Below are positions 26,458 through 40,000 of a DNA stretch of 64,000 nucleotides, piece by piece. The notes beneath the pieces were generated by a model that worked only from the letters and a program-made list of their open reading frames with translations, was not told the DNA's origin and did not search any database. The stretch is from Botryllus schlosseri (taxonomy: Eukaryota), in the NCBI GenBank assembly GCA_051294905.1, contig CM119372.1, positions 15,626,001-15,690,000 on the forward strand. The letters are read 5' to 3'. The first letter of the stretch is position 1. Each line of letters starts with the position of its first letter. The position numbers were made by a program, and so were the translations under genes.

Positions 26458-26600
26458 CTATTTACCCACTACACTTAAGAAAGGTAAATAAAAGCTGAAA
26501 AAAAATCAGATCTGATGATGCGCACTAGGTTTTGATTGCGTAACATTAGCCACATCCGACGCTGGTTAATGTTTGGTGCAACCTAAGCGTCCATGTTGGG

Positions 26601-26921
26601 TAGGATTACCATACGTCCTCCTTTTGTCCTCCTTTTTCAGGTTTTTGAAAATGTCCTCCGAGGACGCCTAAATGTCCCCCCTTTTGGCGATTCGTCCTCC
26701 TTTACAGCTTTTACAGCAAGGATAATGGACAGATTCGACTGGAAATGGGCATAAAGGACGCTAAATAGCAAATAAGGACGTTCGAGCGAAAGTGACGACT
26801 TTTTTTTAGTCAACTCTACAAATTTTTCAGCAAAAATAGCAAAAAATAGCAGTCTTGATCAGGTTACTTTTTTGATTTGGACAAAGTCCCCCTTTCGCGA
26901 TTCCAGAATATGGTAACCCTA
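26601..26921. mobile_element. tagggttaccata-family hAT MITE (also 38862-39152 and 47313-47752)
   Basis: TIR taggattaccata / tatggtaacccta; gtcctc subterminal motifs. The 47313 copy has TSD cttttaat/cttttatt. Confidence 0.8.
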
Positions 26922-28010
26922 ATGTGGATCAATCTCCCTAAGGCGAGCGCAGACCAGCTTTATTTATATTGAATTTGTGACTTCGTTGATTATCGGGAAG
27001 GACGTTTCCTGTGACAAAACTGTTAACGTTTTGTTCCTGAGTATTCTACAATATCTCCTTGCGCAATCCCAGCAAATACTGCATTTGTCTCTGACAACGA
27101 TACTTTTAAAGAAGATGTAAGATGGGGCGTATTCATTGCACTCGCAAACCAAACAGTGCCTCCATATTCCACGAAATTACCTGTTTTCGTCTGCAGACTT
27201 ACTTTTCTTGGATATTTTAATCCGAGCCCGACCGATTATGGTTCGCTGATGACATCGAGTCGATATTACTATTCGGAAGAAATATCGGCATCGGCCATGA
27301 GAGGTGAAAATATCGGCAATTTTAGTGATTTCACGCACGGTAGTATAGGGAGTCAAAGATCTATCTACGACTACTAGATTTGGGATATTGACGTATTTAG
27401 TATAGCTTTGAAGTATCCAGATACAGTCAGAATTTATTCTCCATTCATACAATATTCCAACGATGTTATATGCATATATAATATTCAGTGTCTGCATACT
27501 CGTGTGATATATGATCCTGTGTAGGGTTGCATTTAAAACAAACGGTGTTTTAAACAAAAGCATTTAAAAAAATTGTTTTTATCAAGTTGTAAAATTATGC
27601 AATCATTGTGTAAATACTTTCCAAAAACATGTTGTACGAGCCTACGGACAATTACCACCCGATAAATCCGACGTATATCGATATGGGATGGTTATGGAAG
27701 CCTCAAAATTGTCGATTCAACAGCAATAGTATATCTATTTCGTCAAAGGAGCTATATTTACCCAATATTTTCAATTGTCAATGTCAATCCATGATGACGT
27801 CACAATTGAATATTTGTGACGTCATGGCTTAAAAACATGTTTTAAACAAGGGCATTGTTTTAAACATGTTTGTTTTAAATTGATTTATGTTTTGAATGCA
27901 ACCCTTGTCACATGGACCGTTATTTTAATAATTAGTCGTTTGTTGCCCATTACATTACATTACAGCTAAATATTCCCCGCTATATAGATTAATGCAGTCA
28001 AGGTGATGTA

Positions 28011-31000
28011 CTAATAGTAGTAGCCACGTCTGCGCGCCGCAGCAGCTCGATTCTTTCGTTGACTGTATTGGAAGAGGTGTTGACCCATGTTTTTCGCGAA
28101 ATGACGTAGAACAGATTCGGCGTCCGCCATTTTGAACACTTTCCAAGATATCAGATAACGATGAAGATGCGGGTATCTTGCGACCAATTGGAGGAAGGTC
28201 CGCTTCGTAATTGGCATCGGGGAAGTCGTCGTTAGTGGAGTAGTCTTTAATGGAGTCGTCATTGGTAGAGTGGTCGTTAGTGGAGTCGACGTACCTGTAT
28301 CGAAACAACGAAATTACTTTTAGATAAAATTGCACGGCAAAATATGATGACGGTTCATCTAGAGCAGTGGTTCTCAACCTTTTTTGACACGCGCCCCCCT
28401 TGGAGATGGTCAAAAAACTCGCGTCCCCCTGACCCCCCTTGCATTTATCGTCATGTCAAAAAGAGCACATCATCTAATACAGAGGTGGGCAACGTTTTTG
28501 ATAATCATTACCGCATTTCGATTGCTTATGTAGCGTAAGGCCGCATTCCAGGGCATAGCCGCAATGAACAATCTGGACGCAAAATTCCTACGGTAAACTG
28601 TCCATATCCATTCCCGGTGAACTCCGGACTATTCTACTTTTCACAATGGCCTATTGTACGCACCGAAACCGCGAGTAGCAATGTTATGAATAGTTGCCGG
28701 GCGGTGCATATTGTCGCGCGGAGCGCGGAAATTTTTCCGGGCCGCGAACGAATTGCTATTTCTTGCCAATTCCCATTCGGGCTCAGATTAAGAAGGGCGC
28801 TACCGCATTAAAATAGAAAAATGAAGTCTTGTTGAATTGCGCGGAGGGCGAAGAAAATTTCAAGATTAATTAAAATCGCTCGAAAATGCGGGAGTGAATT
28901 CGTAATTGCAATTTGCATGTCTACGGCCGCCAACACATACTAATTGAATTAGGCGTCGACGGCCGCTCGAATTCCCTTCTACGGCTGCAGGCTGCCCACC
29001 CCTGATCTAATAGTATACATAAGGTATGTCTTACGCCAATTTTGAATCTGCATTCCAGTTGTTGAGTCTTTTACATTGCTGACAAATTTCTTCAAATTTG
29101 TTTGAAAATAACAAAAAACATTGAACAAGACATCCATTAATTAATTTCAATGTAGGTCACCCTGAGACTAATCCTGATGCTGGTAGTGAGTACAGAGAGC
29201 AAGGCGTCGTTCTGTCCTGCCAGGCTAAATTTGATCAGTTTTCGAAATGAATTAATTGTGTTGATTTATAGCCTAATTGAGGCCGAAACCGGGCAACCTA
29301 TGTTGCATCTAAGTCTGTCTTAGGCAGTGCAGTTCGCAAGCTACTAACAAGAGCTGCCGAGCGCGACAAGCTTTAGGCTACTGTCAAAGCTATGAAGCAA
29401 TGAATGACTTACACGTGGGAATTGCTCTCTATATCTCCAAAGAATTTCAAAAAATTGCTCAAATGAAGTTGAAATCAGACTATACTCAGTTGAGCGCTGT
29501 TGCTGGAGTTTGTATTTTGCAAGCTTTCTTGAATATGGAATAAATTTCATCTTCATTAATCGTCTTCTCATAATGGATGTGAAACACATGTTCAGACACG
29601 TACAATTTATACTGACTTCGTCAATTTCTCGCGCCCCCCCCTGAGAGCCTCCCGCGCCCCCCAAGGGGGGCGCGCCTTCCAGGTTGAGAACCCCTGATCT
29701 AGAGTTTTTAATCATTACTAACTTTGATGAACCCTAACTCTAATCCACAAGCCTGCGGCGAGCTCCAAATTCTCACTGAGTTTCAAAAATTAAACGCTAC
29801 CGCATTGCACATATAATGAATTAAATACTGGTGAAAATATAACCTGTGCATTAGCAACAGTGGTAAAGGAACAAGACCATTAAAACTAGAGTATTTCAGC
29901 AAAACAAAAATATTACAGTGAATATCTACTGCGAAGTAGTGCCACCTTAGCTATATGAGTGATTTATCTGGCATTTTGGTCGTTGCGATAGCACAAAATG
30001 ACCATATTTGAACTTTCTACTTCATTGATACTGCTGTGGCGTCATAATTATTGATACACGAATGCTCGACTCGTAGCCAAATACTCAATTCAGAATTGAA
30101 TCACTCAGGTACTCGATTTTGCCCAGCAATAGTCTATACTTCCGATGAATCCCTGAGACTGTGTCAGTTGACCCCGGGGATTCGCGCGAACCCTAGTTAA
30201 GAAGCACTGATCTAGAGCAGTGGTTCTCAAACTTTTTGTCTTCGAGGACTTGAACTGTCACGGACCTCTGCGGAACCCCAAAGTTTTAGATCAAATTGAG
30301 CTCAATTATTGCGCAACCGCCGTCTGTCCCGTGCAATTAGAGCCTTTTTGCTATTCACGTCCACATTTCGATTATTTATGTAGCCTACGGTCACATTTTA
30401 AATGCACAGACGTAATGATCTAACTGGACGCCAAACACCCATGTTAAACTGTCCATGTCTATTTCCAGTGAACTCCCGTGTTATGAATAGTTACTGTGAT
30501 TCGAATTTTTCGAATTCACGAACGAATTTAGTCAATAATATTAGTAGTTCCACATATTACTTTCAAATATTGATCATTTCTCAGCCTGTGTGATCAGATT
30601 CACCTGTAGAGTTGACGGAGAGGGTGTTTTCGAAAATTTTGGGCAAGTTATAAACTATGATGCATATTCGGATGGGCCAATTGTTATTAGTCACTTTTTT
30701 GAATGCTGTTATTTCTTAACCTCCCATCAAGGTTTTCGGTGTAGTGGAAAGACATTAGAACCACCCAAATATAACAGAAACAAATTTCTTTCGTGAGGAG
30801 CACACGATTCCAAGTGGGGCGCATCTCGCATCATTTTCCTTTGCTGTAACTATCTGTATTGTGGGCCTCAGATTGCAAAGGATGCTACTATATTCAAATA
30901 GAAAAATATAGTGGCCTTGAATCGCGTCATGCGCGAAGAAAATTTCAAGATCAAATAAGATCTCTCCAACATTCGGGAGCCAATTCAAAAATTTAAATTA

Positions 31001-34000
31001 TAAATTGAATTCGCATGTCGACTGCCGCCAACACAAACTAATTGAATTGCGAGTCGACGGCCGCACTATTTTCTTTCTACTGCCGCAGGTTGGCCACCCC
31101 AGGCATTAGGGCATCCAAATGGTCTTTACCGTCACGAGGAATGTACCGTTCTCCAGGGTTGTAATGACTCGAGTCATGACTCGACGGTTTTTTGACGATT
31201 CGACTTGACTCGAGTCATTTTTTCAAAATACGGAAATTACTCGACTCGACTCGAGTCAATCTGCGGGCCGTATTTTGCCCGCCCCTGATCTACGTCCACG
31301 TCACTTAGAGACCTCGTGCAACTACGTCATAATATAACTCTGCAATTCGACATATACGGAAGGCATGTCATAAACACACAAGTATACCAATTCATATACT
31401 GAGACTACGACGCCTGATGATATTCGTGAATATGTCCGAAAGAGCGCCATATAGAAAGACAGTTTCAATTACTTTGCGCGATGGGAACCATTGGAAATTT
31501 TATCAAGATTGTGAACATAAGCATGGAGGGCATCAGCGTGAAATAACTGCTCGTTTTCAAATAACAGTTCGCCTTATTTGAATTCGATTTATATATGAGA
31601 GCAATCCCCCGTACTGAAGGAATTTGAGGCGACTTACGGAGCGTTTGTATCGTTTTTGATATTTCGTTGAGATGAGTAACTCGACCTCGACATCGGTATT
31701 TTAAAAGAGAATTCAGTACCTTCACATCGACCGTCGGTAAATTCAAAGCCCTCCTTACACAGGCACTGCATCTTGCCTTCATAAAACACGCATCCCGCAT
31801 TCATCTGGCAGTCGTAGTCGTAGTAGCATTCCGAGGACACTGAATGTAATTATGAGCTAATTCGAGACGAACTAATTGTTTCCCTCTTCAAAGTGCATCT
31901 AAAAGTAGCACCCTTACCATCGCAGACAATTCCATCTCCATTGTAACCCGCATTGCATTCGCACAAGTAAGAGCCCTCCGTGTTCACGCAAGTGGCGTTA
32001 ACGTCGCACAGTGCTGTGCTATCAGCACATTCATCCACATCTATGTATATAAATGTAAGCTATAATACTAAAATTCATTATTAATATTTTTATTAGTACG
32101 GTAAAAAGTGGCAGTGGCGCTTATCTCCCGTAAAGGTCTGGTGCACCACGGTCTGTAATTACCACCTGGTATAAGTACCTTTGCAATGTTATTTAACGTC
32201 GGATATATACGGATCAAAAATTTAAAGATTCTACGACATGATATCACGAATTCAGCCACAGGGGTGAATAGCTTGGGCTGGACCAAGAGGGTATCAGTCG
32301 TGAATGTGCATGTGTCATGATTACTCAATGAGAAAGGACCGTTGAAAATCATATCTTGCACAATTCAGTAGAAAATCGTCGACGGCTTCGGCGATATTAC
32401 AATGAAGACATAGCGGAGTATCTGAACATCCTATTTTGAACGAATGAGCATTAGGCAAGCCTACAGTGACCGGAGCGCAGACGGAATATGATGACATGCA
32501 TGCATCCGTTGACGGGAATTTAGTTGAAATGCAACTATGGAAACGCTTATAATGCATCCCTTTATCTTCACATGTGTACAGTTCCTGCCAGAGAGTTCGC
32601 GAATATTGGCGGACAAGTGACTCAGCTTCTCCGATGGTCACCTCAGGGACCTGACGATTGGGGCCAAACAAAGCCGCGGATTTTGCTTCGCGGTCGATGA
32701 TCTCGTTGCCAGGGATACTTTTGTGACTGGGAATCCATCCTAATGCTACCTCTATACCTCTTCCAGTTACCCGCTCAAGCAAGGAGAAAAACTTGTTGGA
32801 GATATCTGTCGGCGCAGTGAGAGGGTTGGATATAGTTTTTAACACACTAAGGGAGTATGAAAGAATCACATATTTCTATTCTTTGCATCCGTTATCGGAC
32901 ACCCAGGACAATGCATGAAGAACTAAAATTCATAATATTATGATGTTTTGGAAATTGAACCCAATTGAACCCAAGAACCATTGCGGACATGCAAAACCGA
33001 AACAGGACTATTTGTCCGCCTCCAAACTTTGTATTGAACACCTTTTCTTCTGAGGACCATTTCATAACTGCACTGTACTGGATTCCCTAATGAGTGGTAA
33101 CAGGCCAGGGTCTATTTATTTCTACCGACTATTTATTATCTATTTATATCTACCGACGTACTAAGCATTTAATTTCTAGAAATTTTTAAATGGTAAGGAA
33201 TGCAGTTTGTTAATGATATTGGTATAGTTCCTATTTGCATGTAATATAAATATTTTTTATTACGCACAAAAAAGACTCATTTCTATAAATTATGCCTATT
33301 TTTTATAAATATGTTTATTTTTCGGCAAGGGTGGTACCAACGTTAAAATCAAGACATCTAGTGATATCAAATCGCGCGAAGGGCGAAGAACGATTTCAAG
33401 TTTAATAAATCTGCTTAAAAATACTCAACTTGAAATGTTGATTTGCGAAATACTTGTGGCCCCTTCGAGTCTCTATATGATAATAGACAAGGGCGAACTG
33501 GTTATGGTGCTGTCTCTCCAGACAGGTTCACGGTGGGGAACTTATTGCAAAATTATTTAGCGAATTCTGCAATCTAAAAAGTCGGCATTCACTCTTTTTT
33601 TATTGACGTTTACCAGTTATAACGATGTATCAATTGTTAGTGACATGACTTGGCAACATGTACGGTAATTGACTTGTTTTAGGCCAGGGGTTCTCAAAGG
33701 GTGGGCCAAAGAGCATTTTGAGGTGGGCCACAAATATATTTCGAAAATTTTAGAATTATTGCAAGTTTAGTTTTATTTGTTATGTTAAACGCTAGAAATA
33801 TATTCATAAACTTTTCATCCGACTTTGATGAGACGTAGTGGCACGTATGGAGTCAGCATGTACAAGTCGAAAATGGGGGGGGGGGGGACAAACGGCGGCT
33901 TTTCCCACTGGCTATGACAACCTACGGCTAACAGCAACTAAAGTAATTTCGAGTATATGATAACTGGAAGGTAATGCTGAAGTAACCAGGCATTCCGGCA

Positions 34001-37000
34001 GGGTCATATGTCGTATGCCGCTGAAAGGGGGTGCAATAAACTCGGAATGAAGTGTAATTGATGTATAGATTTACTGTACTTCGGCAGGTCGTATTATTGT
34101 AAGACAAAAATAGCCATAATTGCAAATTATTAGCAACTGCTGGTGAAGGTATACCGCACCAACGCAACGAATCGTAATGGATTGGGGATTTAGCGGAGTG
34201 CATTAAGCTTTGGAGTCGGTTTAAAATATCCGGCCTGAAAATCATTGAACATAATGTAAGAGTCACATGAATTGACTATATCATTGGATTGAATATTCTG
34301 ACATTGCAACTTCAGTTGATTTGGTACAAGACATACAATGTACATTATTGTACAGCATGCATATTAAAAAACGCTTTCTCCACTTCTCTGTATAGTACTA
34401 GCACCCCATTCACTAATGAATTGTTTGAAGCTGGCCCAGAATGATAATATTCCCCACAATAGTGGAACTAAAACCCTAATCACACAGTGGATGCGGGGAT
34501 TTGATCATTGTGTTTCGCGACGCGAATGGGGCAGCGGACGAACATAATATACACAGGAGTTTTAGCCTATGATCTATACAAGGGCCGTAACTGCCACACC
34601 CAAACCCCCAATTGAAGGAGCTCGAAGGATCCCAAGATTATTTCGTTGGTCGTTTGTTGGAGGATAATTATTCGATTCAAAAATTTTTGTCGCGCTTCGC
34701 GCGGTTTCATGTCCCTAGAGGTCTAGATATAAATATCATCAGTAAATTAAGGGGAAAATGCACATATTTTAGATGAATAGGCATATCGGCGCCGTCAACT
34801 ACCACGCATTGAACAGGATTATGACTCTAAGATAAGAGGTGGGCCACAGCACATTTTCAAACCGGAAAATGAGCCACGGCCAAGAAAGGGCTGAGAACCC
34901 CTGTTTTAGGCTAATTAAACCGTGTAACACGATTTTTGTTCCCGGGTTTTAATTGGTATTTCCTGATCTCTCTGACCTAGAAACTTCCAAAAATCAATAT
35001 ATATCATTCCAAACATGAATTTTGTGGTTAGGAGAGTAATTTTTTGAATTTGCAAGTATGTGCAATATTGTGCATGGTGATACTGATTAACCCTATAAGA
35101 AATGGATATTTACCAAACTGTCTTTGATCGCTGTAAGTCCATTTTTAATCGCTTGGCATCGACTAAGAAGTTATATTCTATGATTGTATTTCCTAAATAT
35201 TCTGACGCGTTAGTCGTATAGGCTATCGATGGCTTTTTCGCAAGGCAAATTACAGCCAACTTTTGGCTATTTGTGTGTCTGGCATAGGGTTAATTCTGAG
35301 TTTGCATAATAATAGGCAACGACTTAGATTTTTGTTATTAAAATCAAATCACAAATCACAGGCATTTGGTACATGGAAATTTGCACATAAATTGTTTGAA
35401 TGCATCCGAATCAATACCATCGTTAAATGTTGAATGCAAAACTAAATAAATATTTCAGGCTAAAACAGTTCGAGTATAAAATCATTAAAAATGGGATGTT
35501 TTTGCGGGATTTTCTTTGGTACGCTACATCACTTTCCCGCATTAAGGCCCAGACATAACCTCCCATCATGCTTTCATTATATTGCCCTTTGTATTTCCTT
35601 TCACAATCTTTTATGTTTCGATGCAATCGCTTCCCTTGTTCTTCTGAATAAGCTCCTATCTTATCTTTAAACTTGTCCAAGTGAGCATCAAGCATGTAGT
35701 TTCATGGGCATTCTGCACCCCATATTTCCATACGACCTTAACAAATTGACAACGAGTTCGTCATAGTTATCTTCCTTGTTATTGCCCAAGAACCCACTCA
35801 CCACATCTGCAAAGCTATCCCAAGCCTTCTTTTCCACATCGTTAAGCATTTTGATAAAATCATTTGACTTGAGAATCGTTTTAATTTGTGGGCCAATATA
35901 TACACCAGCTTTTACTTAAGCTTCTGATAGTCCAGGAAACAAGTTCCCGAGAAACTGGAATGTGTCATCATCTTCATCCATGCTTTCAAAAATTGCTTTA
36001 TAAGGCCAAGTTCTATGTGAAGGGGAGGCATAAACACTTTGTTTCGGTTATTCAACCGAGTTTGCTTTACGTTTTTCTCTCCAACAACAAATTGATTTCG
36101 TTTTGGTCATATTTGCTCTTTACAGTGATCTGTGGTAGCCCTACTATGCCAAAGGCAAAGTTGCCTAGGATACTTGGTGAACCCCCTCTTGCATCCCCAT
36201 AAAACACGCTACCATTTTAAAGTCCCCAATTACTTCCCAGTTATCCTAAAAAACATTAGAAAATAATCAATTGCAAATTATAAAATACCAAAACCTCAAA
36301 AATCAACCCTGCAAACAGATCTATCTATAAAATGGCAAATATTGCAGAGTATATTAACATTAAAAAGTGATAAACATCCATCTTGGATGCTCTTTAGCCA
36401 TATTTTTTATTTCTTTTCTCAAAAATAGTGCGATTTTAGAATTTCATTCTCTAAACCACCAAAGAAATGTTGGTATGGAATAAAGTTGATTTTTGACACT
36501 TACTGGTCCTAAGCAATAAAGAAAAATTGATTAGAACCTTGAAACAAAAAAAATTGTTACATTGTGTTATAACTTATTTTATATTCGATAAAATGCGTGA
36601 TTATTGAAAACATTGAATATCATCGTTCTGTGGCAACAGTATGCCGAATTGCAGACTAATGTGAACATGAGCGTGGGCCTGTATTTTTAATATATCCTCC
36701 ATCGAGGCGATAATAATAAAATACGGAAGTCGCATGCCTTGCGAATAGATCGCAACTGTACGATTCCATAAGGACGATTTGTTAATAGAACATAACATGT
36801 GACTAAATTTAATTTTCTTAGCTGTATAAAGTTATTGAGCTCGGACACCATTTGTATTCCTATTATCGAAATAATATAATTGGCATTCTGTTCACGCAAA
36901 AACTTATGTCCGGCCAGTTATAAAGGATCGATAAGTGAAATGTCGCACAAGCTCACGGAAATCGATTCCTTTATTAGGAAATCCGAATGAAATAAAAACA

Positions 37001-40000
37001 ACAATTGTTATATCTGTTCATTTGTCGGTGCACGTGGCAAGTGTGATAGGTATATGTGTACGGCCTTCCACCATCCGGCCCCCTCTTGGCATTCAGGAGT
37101 ATCTCTTGCAACTGTGAGGTGAACTTATAAATAATTGACTCGGTAGTCGTCTTTTAATTTTTCAATACTGAAATTGGCACATTGTTACGCACGTTGGTAC
37201 GTACGCTATCATTTTGCACGTTAATTATTATAGCGGCATCAAGTGTTTGGCTCGGAATCACAGATTTTGCTACAAGTTGCTCACACTATCTCTCTATAAA
37301 TCATTAAATTATAAGATTGAATGGAGTTTGGTTGCTTGTGGTAGCCTTGCAAATTCGAAATGAAATTGCTAGACGAATCGGATTGCGCGTGAGAAATGAA
37401 CATTGAACAAAGTTCACGTCAAGCCTAAGGCTATACAACCAGCAATCATTAAATTGCCGACTGAATTTAGAAAGAGTCTTACCGACGCAGCTGAGCTCTG
37501 AGATCCTTGTAAAGCCGTCACTGCAATTACAAACGAATGATCCGTATGTGTTGCTGCATGTCTCACCTGAGCTGCACGAGGTGTTATCCGCGCATTCATC
37601 AATATCTGTACACGACGTATTGTGTAATCATGCTCACGATATTCCTACGGATAATGTAAAGTTTTCACGCACCTGAGCATGTAGCTCCATCCCACGCGTA
37701 ACCTGTGTCGTTGCACCGACATGTGTACGAGCCGTTCGTATTTTCGCACAGTTCTAAATCCCCACAGAGGTGCATATCGAGTGCGCATTCATCGATATCT
37801 TTCGAAGAAACAAAATGTACAGTGTACAGTGTACAGGTACACGCATGTGTAAATATATGACATGAGGCTGCTTGTGCATTGTACATTGTACACGCATGTG
37901 TAAATATATGACATGAGGCTACTTGTACATTGTACACGCATGTGTAAATATATGACATGAGGCTACTTGTACATTGTACATTGTAATTGCTACATTTAAA
38001 ATGATGTATCACTTAAAAAAAAGCCCATATATTACAGGACTGTGGTAAATGCCAACGAAGTGGCACACTGACACCGACTATATTAGTACACAACAGCGAC
38101 AGCTACGAAGTACATCTACTCGTCCTGATTGATCAAGTCTGATTTGATGGCTTGTGCTACATTATTTATAAAGTGGCTGTATTTTGAGACGACTTCCACT
38201 ACAACTTTAATTTTAACTAATACCTCTCTACATTCCAAGATTTGCGCCGTAGCAACTACATTTCGGTGGATTTTCATCATTTTTATGAATGACATATTCT
38301 TGAAACTTGGCAATGCGCTAGGAATGGTGTGAACGTGAGGTTCACGTTCGCGTTCTGTGTGTGAACCTCAGAATTTTAGAGGTTCGCGCTCACAAACGAA
38401 CCTTGGTAGGTTCTGCACTGTGAACCTTTTTCATATATTCCAATTTTCACGTCATTATAACATCTTTGGTTGAAATGCTTTACACATCCACTTAGGTCCC
38501 ATCTATGCATGGCACTGGCAGCCTAAAATAAATCAACGCCAAATGAGCATGCAACTTGCCAATCTCAAAAATTTTACTTGCTTTGTTACAAGTTTGCTAG
38601 AAATATCCAGTTTTCCGTTTGCGAATATATAGTGACTCTCTGCTGTGAGTTCGACCACCAATCACGCATTATCAAGAGCGAAATACACTACATGTAAGTA
38701 GTCATCGAATTATGCTTATTCAATCAATCAATGAAATTGTTATAAAAAATACATCGCTGTCCAATGTAAAAATCTAGTTGGCGTACGGGATCCATAATCA
38801 TTTTATATGTTTACCGTATCATAAAAACCGAATCCGTGCGATTGGTGTAATGGTTACTATATAGGGTTACCATATTTTGGAAATATGTGAAGAGGACACT
38901 TTTTCAAAATTTTTAGACTTACAATACTGGAGTGAAATTCGAGTAAAATGGGTAATTTTTCCCGACTTTGTGGTTGGTAGGCTAAAAAAACCTTTCCGGT
39001 GCAGTTCCCAAAATAGCCGCCCGAGAGTTATTTTACCCTATATTTAACCAAAATTCCCAAAAAAGAGGACATTTGGGCGTCTTTTGAAGTCACTTTCAAA
39101 CAATTAAAAAAAGAGGACAAATCATCTTAAAAGAGGACGTATGGTAACCCTAAATTGTTAATTGGTAATATTGAAAGCAAGTATAGAAACCTGTATAACA
39201 CTCTGCTTAATATCAATCCAGCAATAGTCAGACGCCGAATACATTGTCCGGTCTGGCATAGACCGTTGATGCGTACGCTTATATTCCCTCGCATGTCCTC
39301 GTCGAAATTGTTGGTAAAAAGACGGAAGATATTAATTTTATGGGAGTGTTGCTCTAGTTCAGTGGTTCTCAACCTTTTCGACCTCGCGGCACCATTTGAA
39401 AACAGAAAATCGTTCGCGGCACACTAGCACAATGGTTTTCAACGTTTATTGGCTTACGGCACTTGCAAACTATCAAAATACTTAGCATCACCCACAGTCG
39501 TACACAGAACTACTTCTACCTTCCAACTTTTCGCAGCACTGAAGTAGGCTTTGCTCTGCTTCAAAGAAGATACTACGGTATCTTCTAAATCCGCGGTCAT
39601 GTCACAAATTCGTCCACGAATGGTATCATTTCACATGGGAATCGTTTATAATTCCTCCGCAGCTGAGTTCCCAAACATGTTTCTTTTACAATTCAAGCGC
39701 AAGCCGGAAGAATAACTCTCCGTTTCAGTGTGAGGTTTTAAATTTTTAGCTATTACGTCTGCTGCCACATAACTGGCCTGCTGCGATCTCATTGAAACTT
39801 TGGGTTGTGCTTAGATACTATTTCATAAGATTGGTGTGATGACAATAAACTCTACCCACTACTGTATTGTCGTTGTAATTAACCATTGCATCGAAGAGGC
39901 CAAGCACGATCTCCACTAACGAATACAACGGCGTAGAGGCGTACACACTATGCACTGTATGCAGGGATGCAAAATGCATTTCCACGCTGATCGTATAACA

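Noticed and set aside
26960..27400. Possible extra exons (VCECNEYAP on minus; Tyr/Ser-rich ORF on plus)
   Set aside because: No recognisable domain, no complete EGF Cys pattern and no partner exons found; left unresolved.
27955..28413. 152-aa ORF with STNDD repeats
   Set aside because: It starts inside a hAT element; splice phase from the preceding EGF exon selects the overlapping Thr/Pro frame instead.
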